17,344 nucleotides of DNA from Abditibacteriaceae bacterium (GCA_031372065.1 JANMKN010000310.1:1-17344), one strand, 5' to 3'. Counted from the stretch's first letter, positions 1 to 9,494 are shown. The notes: a model not told the origin generated them from the letters alone. Translations and numbers: made by a program.

Positions 1-95
1 AACTGCCAGGCGGACTGCCTTTAAACGGCGAGCCGGTTTTGGAGGATGCCGTTTTTGAGGCTCAGCTTCATTTGTTGGAAACTGCACTGGGTTAA
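1..95 (+). CDS. 3' end of an upstream gene (partial, product unknown)
   Basis: Frame 3 is open from the window edge to TAA at 93-95 (LPGGLPLNGEPVLEDAVFEAQLHLLETALG*). Too short to identify. Confidence 0.45.
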   Translation, partial: LPGGLPLNGEPVLEDAVFEAQLHLLETALG

Positions 96-148
96 ATCGG
101 ACTGTTGAATCGCATTGTCGTTTATGCCGATAAAATAAAAGGAATATC

Positions 149-814
149 ATGCCTGAAGAACGCGACGAAGAACCAAAAATCCGCATCGTTGACCGGCGGA
201 TGCTGAACGAAGAAGAACGCCAAGGCCGCGCGCCTGTGCCAGATGTGCCAGAAGAAAATGCCGCGCCTCCCAAGTTGGAAATCATCGGCGGTGGCCCTTC
301 TTCGGCGCCGCAAGAATCTATGGACGACCCATCGCCCGACGATTTGGAAGGCGAATTGACCGCAGAAGAAGCCGAACAATTGCGTTTGGAAATCGAAGCC
401 GAACAATTTGCCGAAATCGAACAGCGCATGGGACGGCCTTTAACTGAGCAAGAAAAAAACGATGTGCGCGCCGAAATGGAGCGTCGCGCGCAATCGGCGG
501 CTTCGCTGGAAGTGGCGCCGATGCTCTTGGAAATCGTGATGCAAATGCGTGCGTGCGCCGAGGTGCATATGGGTTTTCAGCCCAATCCTTACACTGGCCT
601 CATTGCCCGCAACGACACACAAGCGCGCCTTGCCATTGACGCCTTCGGTGCGCTTTTATCGGTGGTGAATGCGCAACTTCCGCCCGAAGCCTCGCGGGAA
701 TTAGAACGCATTCTCAACGATTTGCGTGTCAATTTCACTTCGATTACCGGCTCGAAAATAACCGGCAACACCCCCGGCCCCGGCGGTTTCGGCGGCCCAC
801 GCATCATTCATTGA
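149..814 (+). CDS. DUF1844-like domain protein with acidic N-terminal region
   Basis: AAAGGAA Shine-Dalgarno before ATG. N-terminal KIRIVDRR motif; C-terminal 'HMGFQPNPYTG...QARLAIDAFGALL...ELERILNDLRVNF' resembles DUF1844. Confidence 0.7.
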   Translation: MPEERDEEPKIRIVDRRMLNEEERQGRAPVPDVPEENAAPPKLEIIGGGPSSAPQESMDDPSPDDLEGELTAEEAEQLRLEIEAEQFAEIEQRMGRPLTEQEKNDVRAEMERRAQSAASLEVAPMLLEIVMQMRACAEVHMGFQPNPYTGLIARNDTQARLAIDAFGALLSVVNAQLPPEASRELERILNDLRVNFTSITGSKITGNTPGPGGFGGPRIIH

Positions 815-843
815 CGATTTAAAGTTCGCCAATCGCCAATCAA

Positions 844-1902
844 ATGAAACTTATTGTCGTCGAAGAAAGCCCCGAAAATTTTCTGCCGATGGCGTTCACG
901 CGCGCGACTTTTGAGTTGCGCTACGGTGCCTTGTGCCCGTTAGATCGCGCTTTGCTGCGCAGCAAAGACGTGGCGCTGAAATGCCGCGCGCATCTCGCGC
1001 CGTATCTGCGGGCGCGCACTGGCTTGCCGGTCAACGAGGACATTCACGACGAAGCCGAACGCGAACTGGCGCCCGGAATGCCCGCCGCCACGCCGTGGGA
1101 GATTCTGGGCCAAAGCGACAAACTCATCGCCGCCGATTGGGAATTGTGGAATGAACTGCACCGCAATGTGCGCGGCGCGGTTTCGTGGCGCGGCGTGCAA
1201 ATTGTCGGCGAATCGCATCTGATTCACATCGGCGCGGGCGCCATTGTGCAGCCCGGTTGCGTTTTAGATGTTTCGGGCGGCCCCATCATCATCGCGCCGG
1301 GCGCGCAGGTGAAATGGTCGCAAATTCAAGGGCCGGTTTTTATTGGTCAAAATTGCACCATTGACGGCGCGCGTTTGCGTCCCGGCACCAGTTTGGGGCC
1401 GAATTGCAAAGTCGGCGGCGAAGTGTCGGCGACGATTTTTCAAAGTCGCGTCAATAAAGGCCACGATGGCTTTGTTGGCCACACTTGGGCCAGCCGGTGG
1501 GTGAATTTCGGAGCCGGAGCCACTACCAGCAATCTGAAAAACACTTACGGCCCGATTCGCTTTCAGCGCGACGCGCAAACGACTATCGAAACCGGCGTGC
1601 AGTTTCTCGGTTCGCTGATCGGCGACCACACCAAAATCGGCATCGGGCAATATCTGACAACGGGATCGCATATTGGCCCGTGTTGCAACATTTTCGGCGG
1701 TGGCGTAGCGCCCAAATACATTCCCGCGTTCAGTTGGGGCGGTATAGGTGGCTGGCAGGAATACCGTTACGACAGTTGCCTGAAAACGGTTTATGCCACC
1801 TTAGCGCGCCGCAACGCCGTTTTGCGCTCCGAATCCGAAAGCGTGCTGCGCCATGTTTTCGACGAAACACGCGGCGAACGCGAAGTCATCTGGAAAATAT
1901 GA
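844..1902 (+). CDS. GlmU-related putative sugar nucleotidyl-/acyltransferase (NTP_transf_4-like N-terminus plus hexapeptide left-handed beta-helix)
   Basis: N-terminal 'FLPMAFTRATFELRYG', then hexapeptide repeats and family motifs 'GPVFIG', 'KVGGEV', 'NKGHDGFVGH', 'WVNFGAGATTSNLKNTYG', 'FLGSLIGDHTKIGIG', 'PKYIPAFSWG'. Confidence 0.8.
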   Translation: MKLIVVEESPENFLPMAFTRATFELRYGALCPLDRALLRSKDVALKCRAHLAPYLRARTGLPVNEDIHDEAERELAPGMPAATPWEILGQSDKLIAADWELWNELHRNVRGAVSWRGVQIVGESHLIHIGAGAIVQPGCVLDVSGGPIIIAPGAQVKWSQIQGPVFIGQNCTIDGARLRPGTSLGPNCKVGGEVSATIFQSRVNKGHDGFVGHTWASRWVNFGAGATTSNLKNTYGPIRFQRDAQTTIETGVQFLGSLIGDHTKIGIGQYLTTGSHIGPCCNIFGGGVAPKYIPAFSWGGIGGWQEYRYDSCLKTVYATLARRNAVLRSESESVLRHVFDETRGEREVIWKI

Positions 1903-1905
1903 GGA

Positions 1906-2049
1906 ATTTCACCGCAGAAGCGCGGAGATGCAGAGAAGAAGGAGACAAGAAAATAAAAAGAGACACTCAAGTGCCGATTAAAATCTCCCCTTCTCCGAGT
2001 TTTCCTCTCGCCCCCTCTTCTTTGTATCTCCGCGCCTCTGCGGTGAAAT
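1906..2049. repeat. Long intergenic inverted repeat (REP/MITE-like), 34-bp arms
   Basis: 1906-1939 ATTTCACCGCAGAAGCGCGGAGATGCAGAGAAGA matches the reverse complement of 2016-2049 at 31/34; two of the three differences are G-U compatible in the + transcript. Confidence 0.85.
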
Positions 2050-2055
2050 AAAACT

Positions 2056-2430
2056 ATGCCCCTTTTTGAATTTCGTTGCCTTGATTGCGATAAGCAATTT
2101 ACGTTTTTGACGGGCGTCATTGTCGAAAACCGCGACCCAAAGTGCCCACGTTGCGCTTCGACGCAGTTGAAAAAGCTCATTTCGCGCGTTGGGCGTGGGC
2201 GCAGCGACGATGACCGCATGGAAGCGATGGCGGAGCGTCTCGAAAGCGCCGACATGGACGATCCGCGCGATTTGCGACGCTTCGCGCGCGAAATGGGCCG
2301 CGAAATGAGCGCTGAAACCGGCGAAGACATGACCGACGAATTGGAACAAATGATCGAAGCCGAAGCGCTCGGCGAAAACGAGGGCAACGGCGCAATGGGC
2401 GGCGGTGGCGATGATGGGACGATTTATTAA
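2056..2430 (+). CDS. FmdB-family zinc-ribbon protein
   Basis: MPLFEFRCLDC...CPRC...KKLIS signature followed by an acidic helical tail (DDPRDLRRFAREMGREM). Confidence 0.85.
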   Translation: MPLFEFRCLDCDKQFTFLTGVIVENRDPKCPRCASTQLKKLISRVGRGRSDDDRMEAMAERLESADMDDPRDLRRFAREMGREMSAETGEDMTDELEQMIEAEALGENEGNGAMGGGGDDGTIY

Positions 2431-2437
2431 ATGCGGA

Positions 2438-3991
2438 ATGTGGAAATCGGAGTGCCGAAAATGGCGGCGATTGTGCGTTTTTCTGTGTGTTGTTGTTTTT
2501 TTCAATGCGTCACCTGTTTTTGCGGATAACGAATCGTTAATCAATTCTCCCGATTGGGCGCCGTATCAGTGGTTTGCCTCGACTGATAAAAAGCACGAAA
2601 ACGAAGATTACATTGCGCTCAAACCCGGCGAAACTCGCAAAATTCCTTTGGTCGCCGGAGAGTTAGAGCGATTGTGGTTCACAGCGATAGAGCCGGATGC
2701 TATTGATGTGTCACTACAAAACGTAAGCTATGTTTCCCAAAATCAATCACTCACGGTGCCGTTTGCCCGCATGGGAAAACCTTTAAATATCGCTCATTAT
2801 TTGGTAATTGCTCATGAAAAAGCAGTTGGATTTTACTTAGTGCCGCTGACCGCGCGACAAGCGGCAGATAAAACTGTGCCTTTTGTCCATCTAAAACAGA
2901 ATTCGTTTCTTGTTGTGACCAACCACAGCAGTAAATCAGAAGGCAATAAATTCTTTTATCAGGCTTCGATTCGTTCCTTGCAAAATCCTATTGCTGCGAT
3001 GCAGGGCAGGCATCAGTCCGTCACGCAAAAAGTTGAACTACCGCCCGGCGGGGAGAAAACTATTGAAATTACCGGCGCGGGACTGATTGAAACGCTTTCG
3101 TTGTCGTTCGATCAGCCGTCGGACGTGCAAAGTCTGATCTTGCGGGCCGCGTGGGATGGCGACCAAAAAAGTGCCGTAGATGCACCACTTGCGGCCTTAT
3201 TGGACTTGTTCCAGCACGGCGAATCGGTCAACAGCGCCGCATTCGATTTCGACGGCAAAAAGGCGAATCTAAAATGGCCGATGCCGTTTGGCAAAGGCGC
3301 GAAAATTACTTTGCAGAATGGCGGTAGCGCACCTGTAAATGTCGGCGTGCAAATCAGTTATATAGTCCTTGCTCAGGTGCCGAAATATCGATTTTATGCT
3401 GCTTACGGCTCGGCGCGCACTGTCGAGAAAAAACCGGTGAAAATGCTGAAAGTGGCTGGCAAAGGCGCGTTTTGTGGACTCAATTTGTCAATTACGCCCG
3501 CGCCCGATTCGGGACGGCGCACTTACGCTTATCTCGAAGGCAACGAAACCATTACGGCGGACGGCAAAAAATACGAGGGCACTGGAACCGAAGATTTCTT
3601 TTCGTCAGCGTGGTATTTTCCGAAAAAACCATTCAGTTTTCCGTATCACGGCCTGACTTCAAAAACCGCCGCGCCGCCTGCGGTTTCTGCTTATCGTTTG
3701 ATGATTCCCGACGCCTTGCCTTTCAAAAAATCATTGCAATTCGATTTTGAACATGGCAACAACAACAATTCCAATGATTTACTGTTTCGCTGGGTCGCGT
3801 TTTGGTATGGCGAACCGGCGATGCGCTTTGAAATCGCCGATGCCCTACAAGATAACGTTCAACGTAGCCCGTCGGAAGGCCCGGCGCACCTTAATATATT
3901 TGTCTTGGCACTTGTCACGGCCTTAATCGTTGGTGGCGGAGGCGGTTTCATCGTCAAAATGGCCCGCAAACGGGCCGAAAAGTCGTCCTGA
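2438..3991 (+). CDS. Exported, C-terminally membrane-anchored DUF2961 (GH172-like) protein
   Basis: ATG at 2438 preferred over GTG 2405, which overlaps the previous gene. Signal-peptide-like N-terminus ending SPVFA. Motifs 'LRAAWDG', 'WPMPF', 'YLEGNE', 'GTGTEDFFSSAWYF', 'SAYRLMIPDALPF', 'FEHG', 'VAFWY'. C-terminal hydrophobic helix with basic tail. Confidence 0.8.
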   Translation: MWKSECRKWRRLCVFLCVVVFFNASPVFADNESLINSPDWAPYQWFASTDKKHENEDYIALKPGETRKIPLVAGELERLWFTAIEPDAIDVSLQNVSYVSQNQSLTVPFARMGKPLNIAHYLVIAHEKAVGFYLVPLTARQAADKTVPFVHLKQNSFLVVTNHSSKSEGNKFFYQASIRSLQNPIAAMQGRHQSVTQKVELPPGGEKTIEITGAGLIETLSLSFDQPSDVQSLILRAAWDGDQKSAVDAPLAALLDLFQHGESVNSAAFDFDGKKANLKWPMPFGKGAKITLQNGGSAPVNVGVQISYIVLAQVPKYRFYAAYGSARTVEKKPVKMLKVAGKGAFCGLNLSITPAPDSGRRTYAYLEGNETITADGKKYEGTGTEDFFSSAWYFPKKPFSFPYHGLTSKTAAPPAVSAYRLMIPDALPFKKSLQFDFEHGNNNNSNDLLFRWVAFWYGEPAMRFEIADALQDNVQRSPSEGPAHLNIFVLALVTALIVGGGGGFIVKMARKRAEKSS

Positions 3992-4007
3992 CCCCATTTA
4001 TTGACTT

Positions 4008-6731
4008 ATGAAGCAACTCAAATTTTTCTCAGTAATTCCGGCGGCGACAGTGGTTTGTGTGGCCGCCGGTTCTTTTATGTCTTGCGCTTCTGCGCAAGAA
4101 GGCACTGGTTTTGTCAAACCTGCCGACATCAAATCGCTGCCCGAATCGGCCAAGGAAGCACAAAAAACAGCGCCGCCGCGCGCCTCAACTTCCAAACTGG
4201 CCGTTGCACTGCCCGAACCTGTCAAGCGCATTTTGCCTAATGGCCTCACGGTTTTAGTGCTGGAAAATCACGCTGCGCCTGTCGTGGCGGTGCGGGCCTA
4301 TGTGCGCACGGGTTCGATTTACGAAGGCGAGCATTTGGGGGCGGGCATTTCGCACTTATTCGAACACGTTTTGGGCGAAGGCACGACCAAGCAGAGTAAG
4401 CAGCAATTAGATGATGAAGTGCAGGCCATCGGCGGGCAATCGAACGCTTACACGTCCTACGATGTCACGGTTTATCATCTAACAACAGCGGCGCAGTATT
4501 TTCGAAGAGCGCTGGACATTACTGCCGATGAATTGCAAAATGCGACGTTTCCCGACAAGGAAGTCAAAACGCAAATCGGCGTGATTCACAAAGAAATGAA
4601 CATGGGCGCAGACGACCCGGATAGCGAATTGTATAAGTTGTTTTACAACACGGCGTTTCAAGTGCATCCTGTGCGTTATCCCGTGATCGGTTATCCCGAA
4701 ATCTTTGATAAATTGACGCGCGAAGACATCGTAAATTACTACAAAACGCACTATACGCCGGATAACACGGTGATTTCGATTGCGGGCGATGTAAACGCTA
4801 ATACTGCCATTGACGCTGCCGAAGCCGCATTTAAAAGCTGGGAACGTCGCGCGCCCGTGACGCCCACTTTGCCCGCCGAGCCGACTCAAACCACTCGCCG
4901 CCGTGCCATTTTGGAAAAAGACATCCGCCAGACTTACATGATGATGGGTTGGCACACGGTTCCGCTGCAACATCCTGATTTATACGCTTTGGATGTGCTG
5001 GCGCAAATTGTGGGCGGCGGCGAAAGCAGCCGTTTGGTGCGCGTTTTACGAGAAAAGCAAAATTTAGTCACGGCGATTTCGGCGTGGTCTTCGACGCCCA
5101 ACTACAACGCGGGCATTTTCGCCATCCGCGCCGAAATGCCGCCGGGCAATTTGCCCAAAGTGGGCACGGCCATTTGGAACGAAACCACAAAACTGTGGAC
5201 AGAAAAAGTGACGCCCGAAGAATTGCACGCTGCCAAGCGGCAAATCGAATCAACCTTCATTTTCAATAATCAGGATGTGGCCGAACAAGCCGAGCAAATT
5301 GCCTATGATGAACTCGGCACCGGCGATCCCACATTTTCGCGTTCTTACGTTGAGCGCATCAAAGCGGTGACTGCCGAACAAGTGATGGCTGCCGCAAAAA
5401 AATATCTGACGCGCGATGGATTTTCGACGGCTTTGGTGGTGCCCAAAGGCCAAGGCGACAAATTTTCTGCAAGCACCACAAGGGCCAACGTGAAGCCACC
5501 GCAAATGGTGACTTTACCCAATGGAATGCGCTTGATTATTCGCGAAAATCATGTGTCGCCTACGGTTTCTATTGTGGCACAAGGTTTAGGCGGCGCGCGC
5601 TTAGAACCCGCTACCAAACCGGGCGTGGCGAATATGTTTGCCGAATTGCTAACCCGTTCCACGCGGGCGCATTCGTATGAAGAAATCGCTGCCAAAGTAG
5701 ATGCGATGGGCGGCACGCTTTCGTCGTTTAGCGGCTACAACTCGTGGGGTATTGATTCGGCGTGGCTGAGTCACGATTGGCGAACCGGCTTTCATTTGGT
5801 CGTGCAGGCCATGTTGCAACCGACCTTCACCAACGACGATTTATCGCGCGTGCAGCAGCAAACTTTGGCGGCGTTGCAGCAACAAGATGACGAACCCGAA
5901 ATCGCTGCCGGACTTTTGCTGCGCCGCACATTTTTCGGCAATCATCCTTATGGTCGCACGCCATTGGGCACGCCTTATTCGGTGCGCACCATTAAGCGCG
6001 AGGATTTGGTGGATTTTTGGAAGAAGGTAATGCTGCCCAAAGATATTGTGCTGTCGGTTTACGGCGATGTGGATGCTGGCGAAGTGCGCCGCCTTGCCGA
6101 AGAACAATTCCGCAGTTTCAACCGCACGGGAAAATTACCACCACCACCCGCGCCGCCGCTGGCGTTAGCGCAGTTCACAACCACGGAAGTGAAAAAACCG
6201 GGCATTAAACAGGCGGTTTTATATTACGGCTATCCCGGCATAGACATTCGCAACGCAGATCGCTACGCCATTGATGTGCTGGACGCCGCACTTTCCGGCT
6301 CCAATTTGCCCGGCGGACGCTTGCACGCCCGTTTGCGTGACAATCAATTGGTGTATTACGTTCATGCTTACGATTCGCCCGGCCTTGATCCCGGAATGTT
6401 TGTGGTTTACGCGGGCACTAACAAAGACCAAGTGGACGAAGTAAAAAGCATCATCACGGAAGAAATCAAAAAGGTGCGCGAAGCCGATATTTCCGCCGAA
6501 GAATTAGAGCGCGCCAAAAGCATGGCAATTAGCGCCGATGCCATTGAAAAGCAAAGCAACAGTGCCCAAGCGCGCGTTTCAACAGGCGACGAGCTTTTTG
6601 GCCTCGGCTATCGCAACGGCGATTCTTACGCGGAGCGTATCAATGCCATCACGCTTGAGGATGTGCGGCGCGTCGCCGAAAAATATCTGCGCTCCGATTC
6701 GGCGGCTTTTGCAGTTGTGCAACCAGAATAA
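4008..6731 (+). CDS. Fused two-module M16 (pitrilysin/insulinase family) zinc peptidase, probably exported
   Basis: Inverted zinc motif HLFEH and 'NAYTS' in the first module. Second module starts 'LPNGMRLII', lacks HxxEH (NMFAE), and retains the R/Y pair 'RLHARLRDNQLVY'. Signal-peptide-like N-terminus. Confidence 0.93.
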   Translation: MKQLKFFSVIPAATVVCVAAGSFMSCASAQEGTGFVKPADIKSLPESAKEAQKTAPPRASTSKLAVALPEPVKRILPNGLTVLVLENHAAPVVAVRAYVRTGSIYEGEHLGAGISHLFEHVLGEGTTKQSKQQLDDEVQAIGGQSNAYTSYDVTVYHLTTAAQYFRRALDITADELQNATFPDKEVKTQIGVIHKEMNMGADDPDSELYKLFYNTAFQVHPVRYPVIGYPEIFDKLTREDIVNYYKTHYTPDNTVISIAGDVNANTAIDAAEAAFKSWERRAPVTPTLPAEPTQTTRRRAILEKDIRQTYMMMGWHTVPLQHPDLYALDVLAQIVGGGESSRLVRVLREKQNLVTAISAWSSTPNYNAGIFAIRAEMPPGNLPKVGTAIWNETTKLWTEKVTPEELHAAKRQIESTFIFNNQDVAEQAEQIAYDELGTGDPTFSRSYVERIKAVTAEQVMAAAKKYLTRDGFSTALVVPKGQGDKFSASTTRANVKPPQMVTLPNGMRLIIRENHVSPTVSIVAQGLGGARLEPATKPGVANMFAELLTRSTRAHSYEEIAAKVDAMGGTLSSFSGYNSWGIDSAWLSHDWRTGFHLVVQAMLQPTFTNDDLSRVQQQTLAALQQQDDEPEIAAGLLLRRTFFGNHPYGRTPLGTPYSVRTIKREDLVDFWKKVMLPKDIVLSVYGDVDAGEVRRLAEEQFRSFNRTGKLPPPPAPPLALAQFTTTEVKKPGIKQAVLYYGYPGIDIRNADRYAIDVLDAALSGSNLPGGRLHARLRDNQLVYYVHAYDSPGLDPGMFVVYAGTNKDQVDEVKSIITEEIKKVREADISAEELERAKSMAISADAIEKQSNSAQARVSTGDELFGLGYRNGDSYAERINAITLEDVRRVAEKYLRSDSAAFAVVQPE

Positions 6732-6758
6732 GTGCGTTTTTTGCTTTTCTTCGTCCGT

Positions 6759-8303
6759 TTAAGAAATATCCGCTTGTGACATCCATTCGGATTCTTCTCT
6801 GGACTCTTCCGTGGAGCGGGAGCCTTGCAAGGTGATAGTCATGCGGCTTTCGCGGCCTGTATCACGGTCTTTGGCGACGGCCATGATGCGGCCATTTTCG
6901 TCGCAGCGAAAGGCAACGCTGAGGTTGGGACGCCCTTTGGGGCGGGGCGGGGTCGTATCAAGTTCAAATATACCAACCGGGCCTTTGCCGTAGCTTTCGG
7001 GGTCGTTGCTTTCGCCTTCGTAAACGCGAATTTGCACAAAGGTTTGGTTATCCACGGTTGTGGTATAGCCATGCCGCACTTGTGTGCAAGGCAAGGGCGA
7101 GAGGCTGGGAATGATGTGGTCAATCGTCGGCTTGCCGTTCGCCATGACGGCCACGCCGAGCGAATGCGATAAAACGTGCCCCACTTGCACTTGCGGCACA
7201 TGATCGTCTTTGTCGAGCAAGGCGGCTTGCAAGGCAGCACCTTTGGCAACGCATTCGTCGGGATCATGCAGCGTGGGCTTTTTGCCGGAGACGCGCTCGA
7301 TCATTTCGCCGACCATTGGCATTCGCGAACTGCCGCCCACGAGCAGCACATCGTCAATGTCTTGCCACTGCATATTGGCTTTATCCAACACGGCGCGCAG
7401 CAGCATTTCGGTGCGACCCAATAAATCAGCGGTGACGCGATTGAACGTGTCGCGGGAGATTTCGATTTTGACCGGGATTGACGTGCCGGTTGGCGAGCCA
7501 TCGGCATCGCGGCTGGGCACTTTCATCGAAATCGGCACCGAGTTTCGTCCCGATAGCTGGCGTTTGGCGGCGTTGGCTTTCAATCGCAGTTCGGCGATGA
7601 GTTCGTTGTCGTCGCCGATGTCCACATTATGCTCAGATAGAATTTGTTCTTCTACATAAGCCATAATGCGGTCATCCCAGTCTTTGCCTCCTAAACGGTG
7701 GTCGCCACCGATAGATAGCACATTCAATTGGTCGCCGCCGACGGAAAGGATGGTGACATCGAAAGTGCCGCCACCCAAGTCGTAAACCAGACATTTGCGT
7801 TCTTTGGTTTGACCACTGGCGACGCGATTGAGACCATAAGATAAAGCGGCGGCTGTTGGCTCGTTGATGATGCGCATGACCTGCAATCCGGCCAATTGAC
7901 CGGCTTCGTAGGTGGCGTGGCGCTGCGTTTCGGTGAAATAGGCTGGAACCGTGATCACAGCGCGTGTAATTTCATCGCCGAGTTCCGCTTGGGCATCTTG
8001 CACAATTTTTCGCAAAATGAGAGCGGAAATGAATTCGGGCGAATAAGAGCGATCACCAATGCGCACTCGATAATTGGGCTGACCCATGAAGCGCTTGATG
8101 AACTGCACCACATGATCCGAATCGGAAATGGTGCTTTGCAAGGCGGTTTCGCCCACCACATAAGTGGGAGGATCAAAAAACACCACCGAAGGAGTGGTGG
8201 TCTGACCATCGGCATTTTTCATAACGACTGGTTTGCCAAAGTCATCCACGACTGCGACTGCTGAATATGTTGTGCCCAAGTCTATGCCCACGGACCGGCC
8301 CAT
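6759..8303 (-). CDS. Hsp70-family protein (non-canonical DnaK paralog lacking the helical lid)
   Basis: GIDLGTTYS, TVPAYF, INEPTAAAL, DLGGGTFD and VGGSSRMP motifs. Beta substrate-binding domain 'TTTVDNQTFVQIRVYEGE'. Protein ends at 514 aa. GGGAG Shine-Dalgarno upstream. Confidence 0.93.
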   Translation of the reverse strand: MGRSVGIDLGTTYSAVAVVDDFGKPVVMKNADGQTTTPSVVFFDPPTYVVGETALQSTISDSDHVVQFIKRFMGQPNYRVRIGDRSYSPEFISALILRKIVQDAQAELGDEITRAVITVPAYFTETQRHATYEAGQLAGLQVMRIINEPTAAALSYGLNRVASGQTKERKCLVYDLGGGTFDVTILSVGGDQLNVLSIGGDHRLGGKDWDDRIMAYVEEQILSEHNVDIGDDNELIAELRLKANAAKRQLSGRNSVPISMKVPSRDADGSPTGTSIPVKIEISRDTFNRVTADLLGRTEMLLRAVLDKANMQWQDIDDVLLVGGSSRMPMVGEMIERVSGKKPTLHDPDECVAKGAALQAALLDKDDHVPQVQVGHVLSHSLGVAVMANGKPTIDHIIPSLSPLPCTQVRHGYTTTVDNQTFVQIRVYEGESNDPESYGKGPVGIFELDTTPPRPKGRPNLSVAFRCDENGRIMAVAKDRDTGRESRMTITLQGSRSTEESREESEWMSQADIS

Positions 8304-8376
8304 TCTTTAATGCTCCCGTTTTCCCAATGCCGAATTCTGCTTGGTGTTCATGTGGTGTGTTGGAAATCTACAACTC

Positions 8377-8385
8377 ATTTTAGCA
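8377..8385 (-). promoter_or_regulatory. Putative extended -10 promoter (TGcTAAAAT) of the Hsp70 gene
   Basis: Reverse complement of ATTTTAGCA, about 75 nt upstream of the ATG. Similar motifs precede the two other - strand genes. Confidence 0.45.
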
Positions 8386-8394
8386 AAGCCCGAT

Positions 8395-8466
8395 AGGTTC
8401 CAAGTTCAAAGTTTCAAGTTCAAGGTTGAAATGGACTTTGAACCTTCAACTCGAAACCTTGAACTT
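8395..8466. repeat. Palindromic array of degenerate heptamers (AAGTTCA / TGAACTT)
   Basis: aggttcc aagttca aagtttc aagttca aggttga ... tttgaac cttcaac tcgaaac cttgaac. Perfect 12-bp arms at 8416-8427 and 8455-8466, directly after the stop of the J-like gene. Confidence 0.8.
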
Positions 8467-9365
8467 TACCTCGCGCAACGCCGCAACAATTCGTCGTAGG
8501 GCATTCGCGATAAGGCTACTACAATGTTGCGGCGCGCGGCGCGCAGGGCATAGCGCCCGGCCAAAAGGCCGGAAGTGAGGCCAAGCACCGCGCCGCCGAT
8601 AATCATCGGCATTTTGCCGCCACTGATGAAATAACCAATCGCCGTAATGATTAAGAACACCAAGATGCCAGCGCTATAGCCCCAAGTTTGTCCGGCGGCT
8701 TCGAGTTCGCCTTTGATCAGTTCTCGCCGCTTGTGGTCGCGCCGTCGCTCCATGTCTTCGATATCCACCGCCACGCGCCGCCCAGCACTGGAAGCCAGAG
8801 GAGTGGAAGCCGGTGTAACGCGTTTGGGTGCCGCTGGTGTCGCGGGTCGAACGGGTATGGCAGGCTTGGGCGTCGCTGGAGCCGCCGGACGCGCTACTTT
8901 TTGGGCTGGAGGCGCGCCTGATGTAAGAGGAGCCTTCGCGGACGCCGCAGAAGGTGAAGAGGTGGTTGGCAATGCTTCGCCTCCAGCACCCATGCTGGGA
9001 ATCATGTCGTCGGTTAGACCGGAGGAGCGTCCCAATTCGCCGCTGGTAACATCCGCTTCACTTGTGGACGCGGGCAAATCTTCAGGGAACGGCTCGCCTT
9101 TGTTGAAGGCATTTAAGAAACGGTCATATTCGACGCGCCGGGTGGCATCCAATAAAAGCTGATGGGCTTGCGGCAAATGCACTTCATAAAGCTGCTGATA
9201 ATAGAAGCGCTTGCGGAAATTGTGGTGGTCAATGTTGCGCTGGGCTTCGAGATACAGTTGGTTGACTCGTTCGCGCAATTCCGATTCGCTGGCAGTCGCT
9301 GAAATGTCCAGCATCTTATACAAGTCAACGAATTCGTCCAGTGGCAGCACGTCGGTGACGGCCAT
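8466..9365 (-). CDS. Membrane protein with degenerate J-domain-like N-terminus (no HPD), Pro/Ala-rich linker and two C-terminal TM helices
   Basis: ATG at 9365 with AAGGAAAGGT upstream. 'DLYKMLDISATASESELRE...AHQLLLDATRRVEYD' matches J-domain helices I, II and IV. Hydrophobic segments 'GILVFLIITAIGYFI' and 'MIIGGAVLGLTSGLLAG'. Confidence 0.7.
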   Translation of the reverse strand: MAVTDVLPLDEFVDLYKMLDISATASESELRERVNQLYLEAQRNIDHHNFRKRFYYQQLYEVHLPQAHQLLLDATRRVEYDRFLNAFNKGEPFPEDLPASTSEADVTSGELGRSSGLTDDMIPSMGAGGEALPTTSSPSAASAKAPLTSGAPPAQKVARPAAPATPKPAIPVRPATPAAPKRVTPASTPLASSAGRRVAVDIEDMERRRDHKRRELIKGELEAAGQTWGYSAGILVFLIITAIGYFISGGKMPMIIGGAVLGLTSGLLAGRYALRAARRNIVVALSRMPYDELLRRCAR

Positions 9366-9494
9366 GAGATGCACCTTTCCTTGAGCGATGATGTTTGTGA
9401 CTTTCCGTGGCGGAAAGTGGGAACGTGGCCTGTTTCAGAGAACAACTGCCACCGTTATGCCACGCGGCGCGAAGGAGTTTAATCGCTGAACGCA

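Noticed and set aside
1485..2544. ORFs 1485-2051 (+), 1791-2387 (-), 1978-2544 (-)
   Set aside because: Overlap well-supported genes and the foldback element; no recognisable motifs.
6759..8303. Calling this gene dnaK
   Set aside because: No lid domain, diverged linker, and no grpE/dnaJ/hrcA context or CIRCE element seen.
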